A stretch of 64,000 nt of DNA from Felis catus (taxonomy: Eukaryota): assembly GCF_018350175.1 (NCBI RefSeq), contig NC_058368.1, positions 103,292,001-103,356,000 on the forward strand. The letters run 5' to 3'. The translations under genes and the position numbers were made by a program. Below the pieces are notes generated by a model. The model was not told where the DNA came from. It made no database searches and saw nothing but the letters and a program-made list of their open reading frames with translations. Positions 63,527 through 64,000 of the stretch are shown here, piece by piece; position 1 is the first letter of the stretch; each line of letters starts with the position of its first letter.

Positions 63527-64000
63527 AAAACAATGAGATACCACCATACATCTATTAGAATAGCCCAAATGCAGAATACTGACAACACCAAATGCTGGAG
63601 AGAATGTGGAACAAGGAAAACTCTCACTTAGTTGTGTTGGGAATGAAAACTGATACAGCCACTTTGGAAGACAGTTTGGTGGTTTGTCATAAACTAAATT
63701 TATTCTTGCCATATAATCCAGCAATCATGCTTCTTGGTATTTATTCAAAGAGACTGAAAACTTAAGTCTACTCAAAAGGCTGTGCACTGATGTTTATAGC
63801 AGCTTTGGCCATAACTGTCGAAAGCAACCAAGATGTCCTTTAGTAGATCAATGGATTGATAAACTGTGGTTCATCTGGACAATGGAATATTTTTTAAAAA
63901 GAATAGGAAGAAGAAGAAGAGAAGGAGGAGGAGGAGGAGGAGGAGGAGGAAAAATGAGCTATCAGGCCATGAAAAGACATAGAGGAAAATTAAATGCATA

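Larger units (their letters stand above)
61860..64000 (+). mobile_element. Old L1 (L1MB/MC-type) ORF2 3' end and 3'UTR, interrupted by a younger L1 and SINEs
   Basis: agtcttttcaacaaattgtgccg...aaaatgaacctag...acccgattaaagaatggg; resumes at 63245 with gtcatcagggaagtgcaaattaaaacaatgagatac...ccatataatccagcaatc. Confidence 0.85.

Overview
Mammalian genomic DNA from a felid (cat family), judged from young SINEC_Fc-type CAN-SINEs and carnivore-type L1 3' ends. It is a draft assembly with six N-gaps. The window is AT-rich intronic or intergenic sequence with many transposon relics: about 19 CAN-SINEs, several L1s, L2/MIR, MaLR (MLT1) and ERVL LTRs, two decayed ERVL internal fragments and MER3/MER58 DNA elements. 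I see no complete gene, RNA gene or CRISPR-like array. The best genic signal is one unidentified 168-nt candidate coding exon at 308-475 (+), with weaker exon and promoter candidates elsewhere. I did not find a convincing new biological system. The notable observations are mechanistic: a twin-primed (5'-inverted) L1 with TSDs, two cases of one L1-endonuclease site being used by two insertions, a chimeric SINE dimer, and several short fold-back or palindromic rearrangements. Repeat family names come from recalled consensus sequences, not a RepeatMasker run, and the boundaries of old repeats are approximate.
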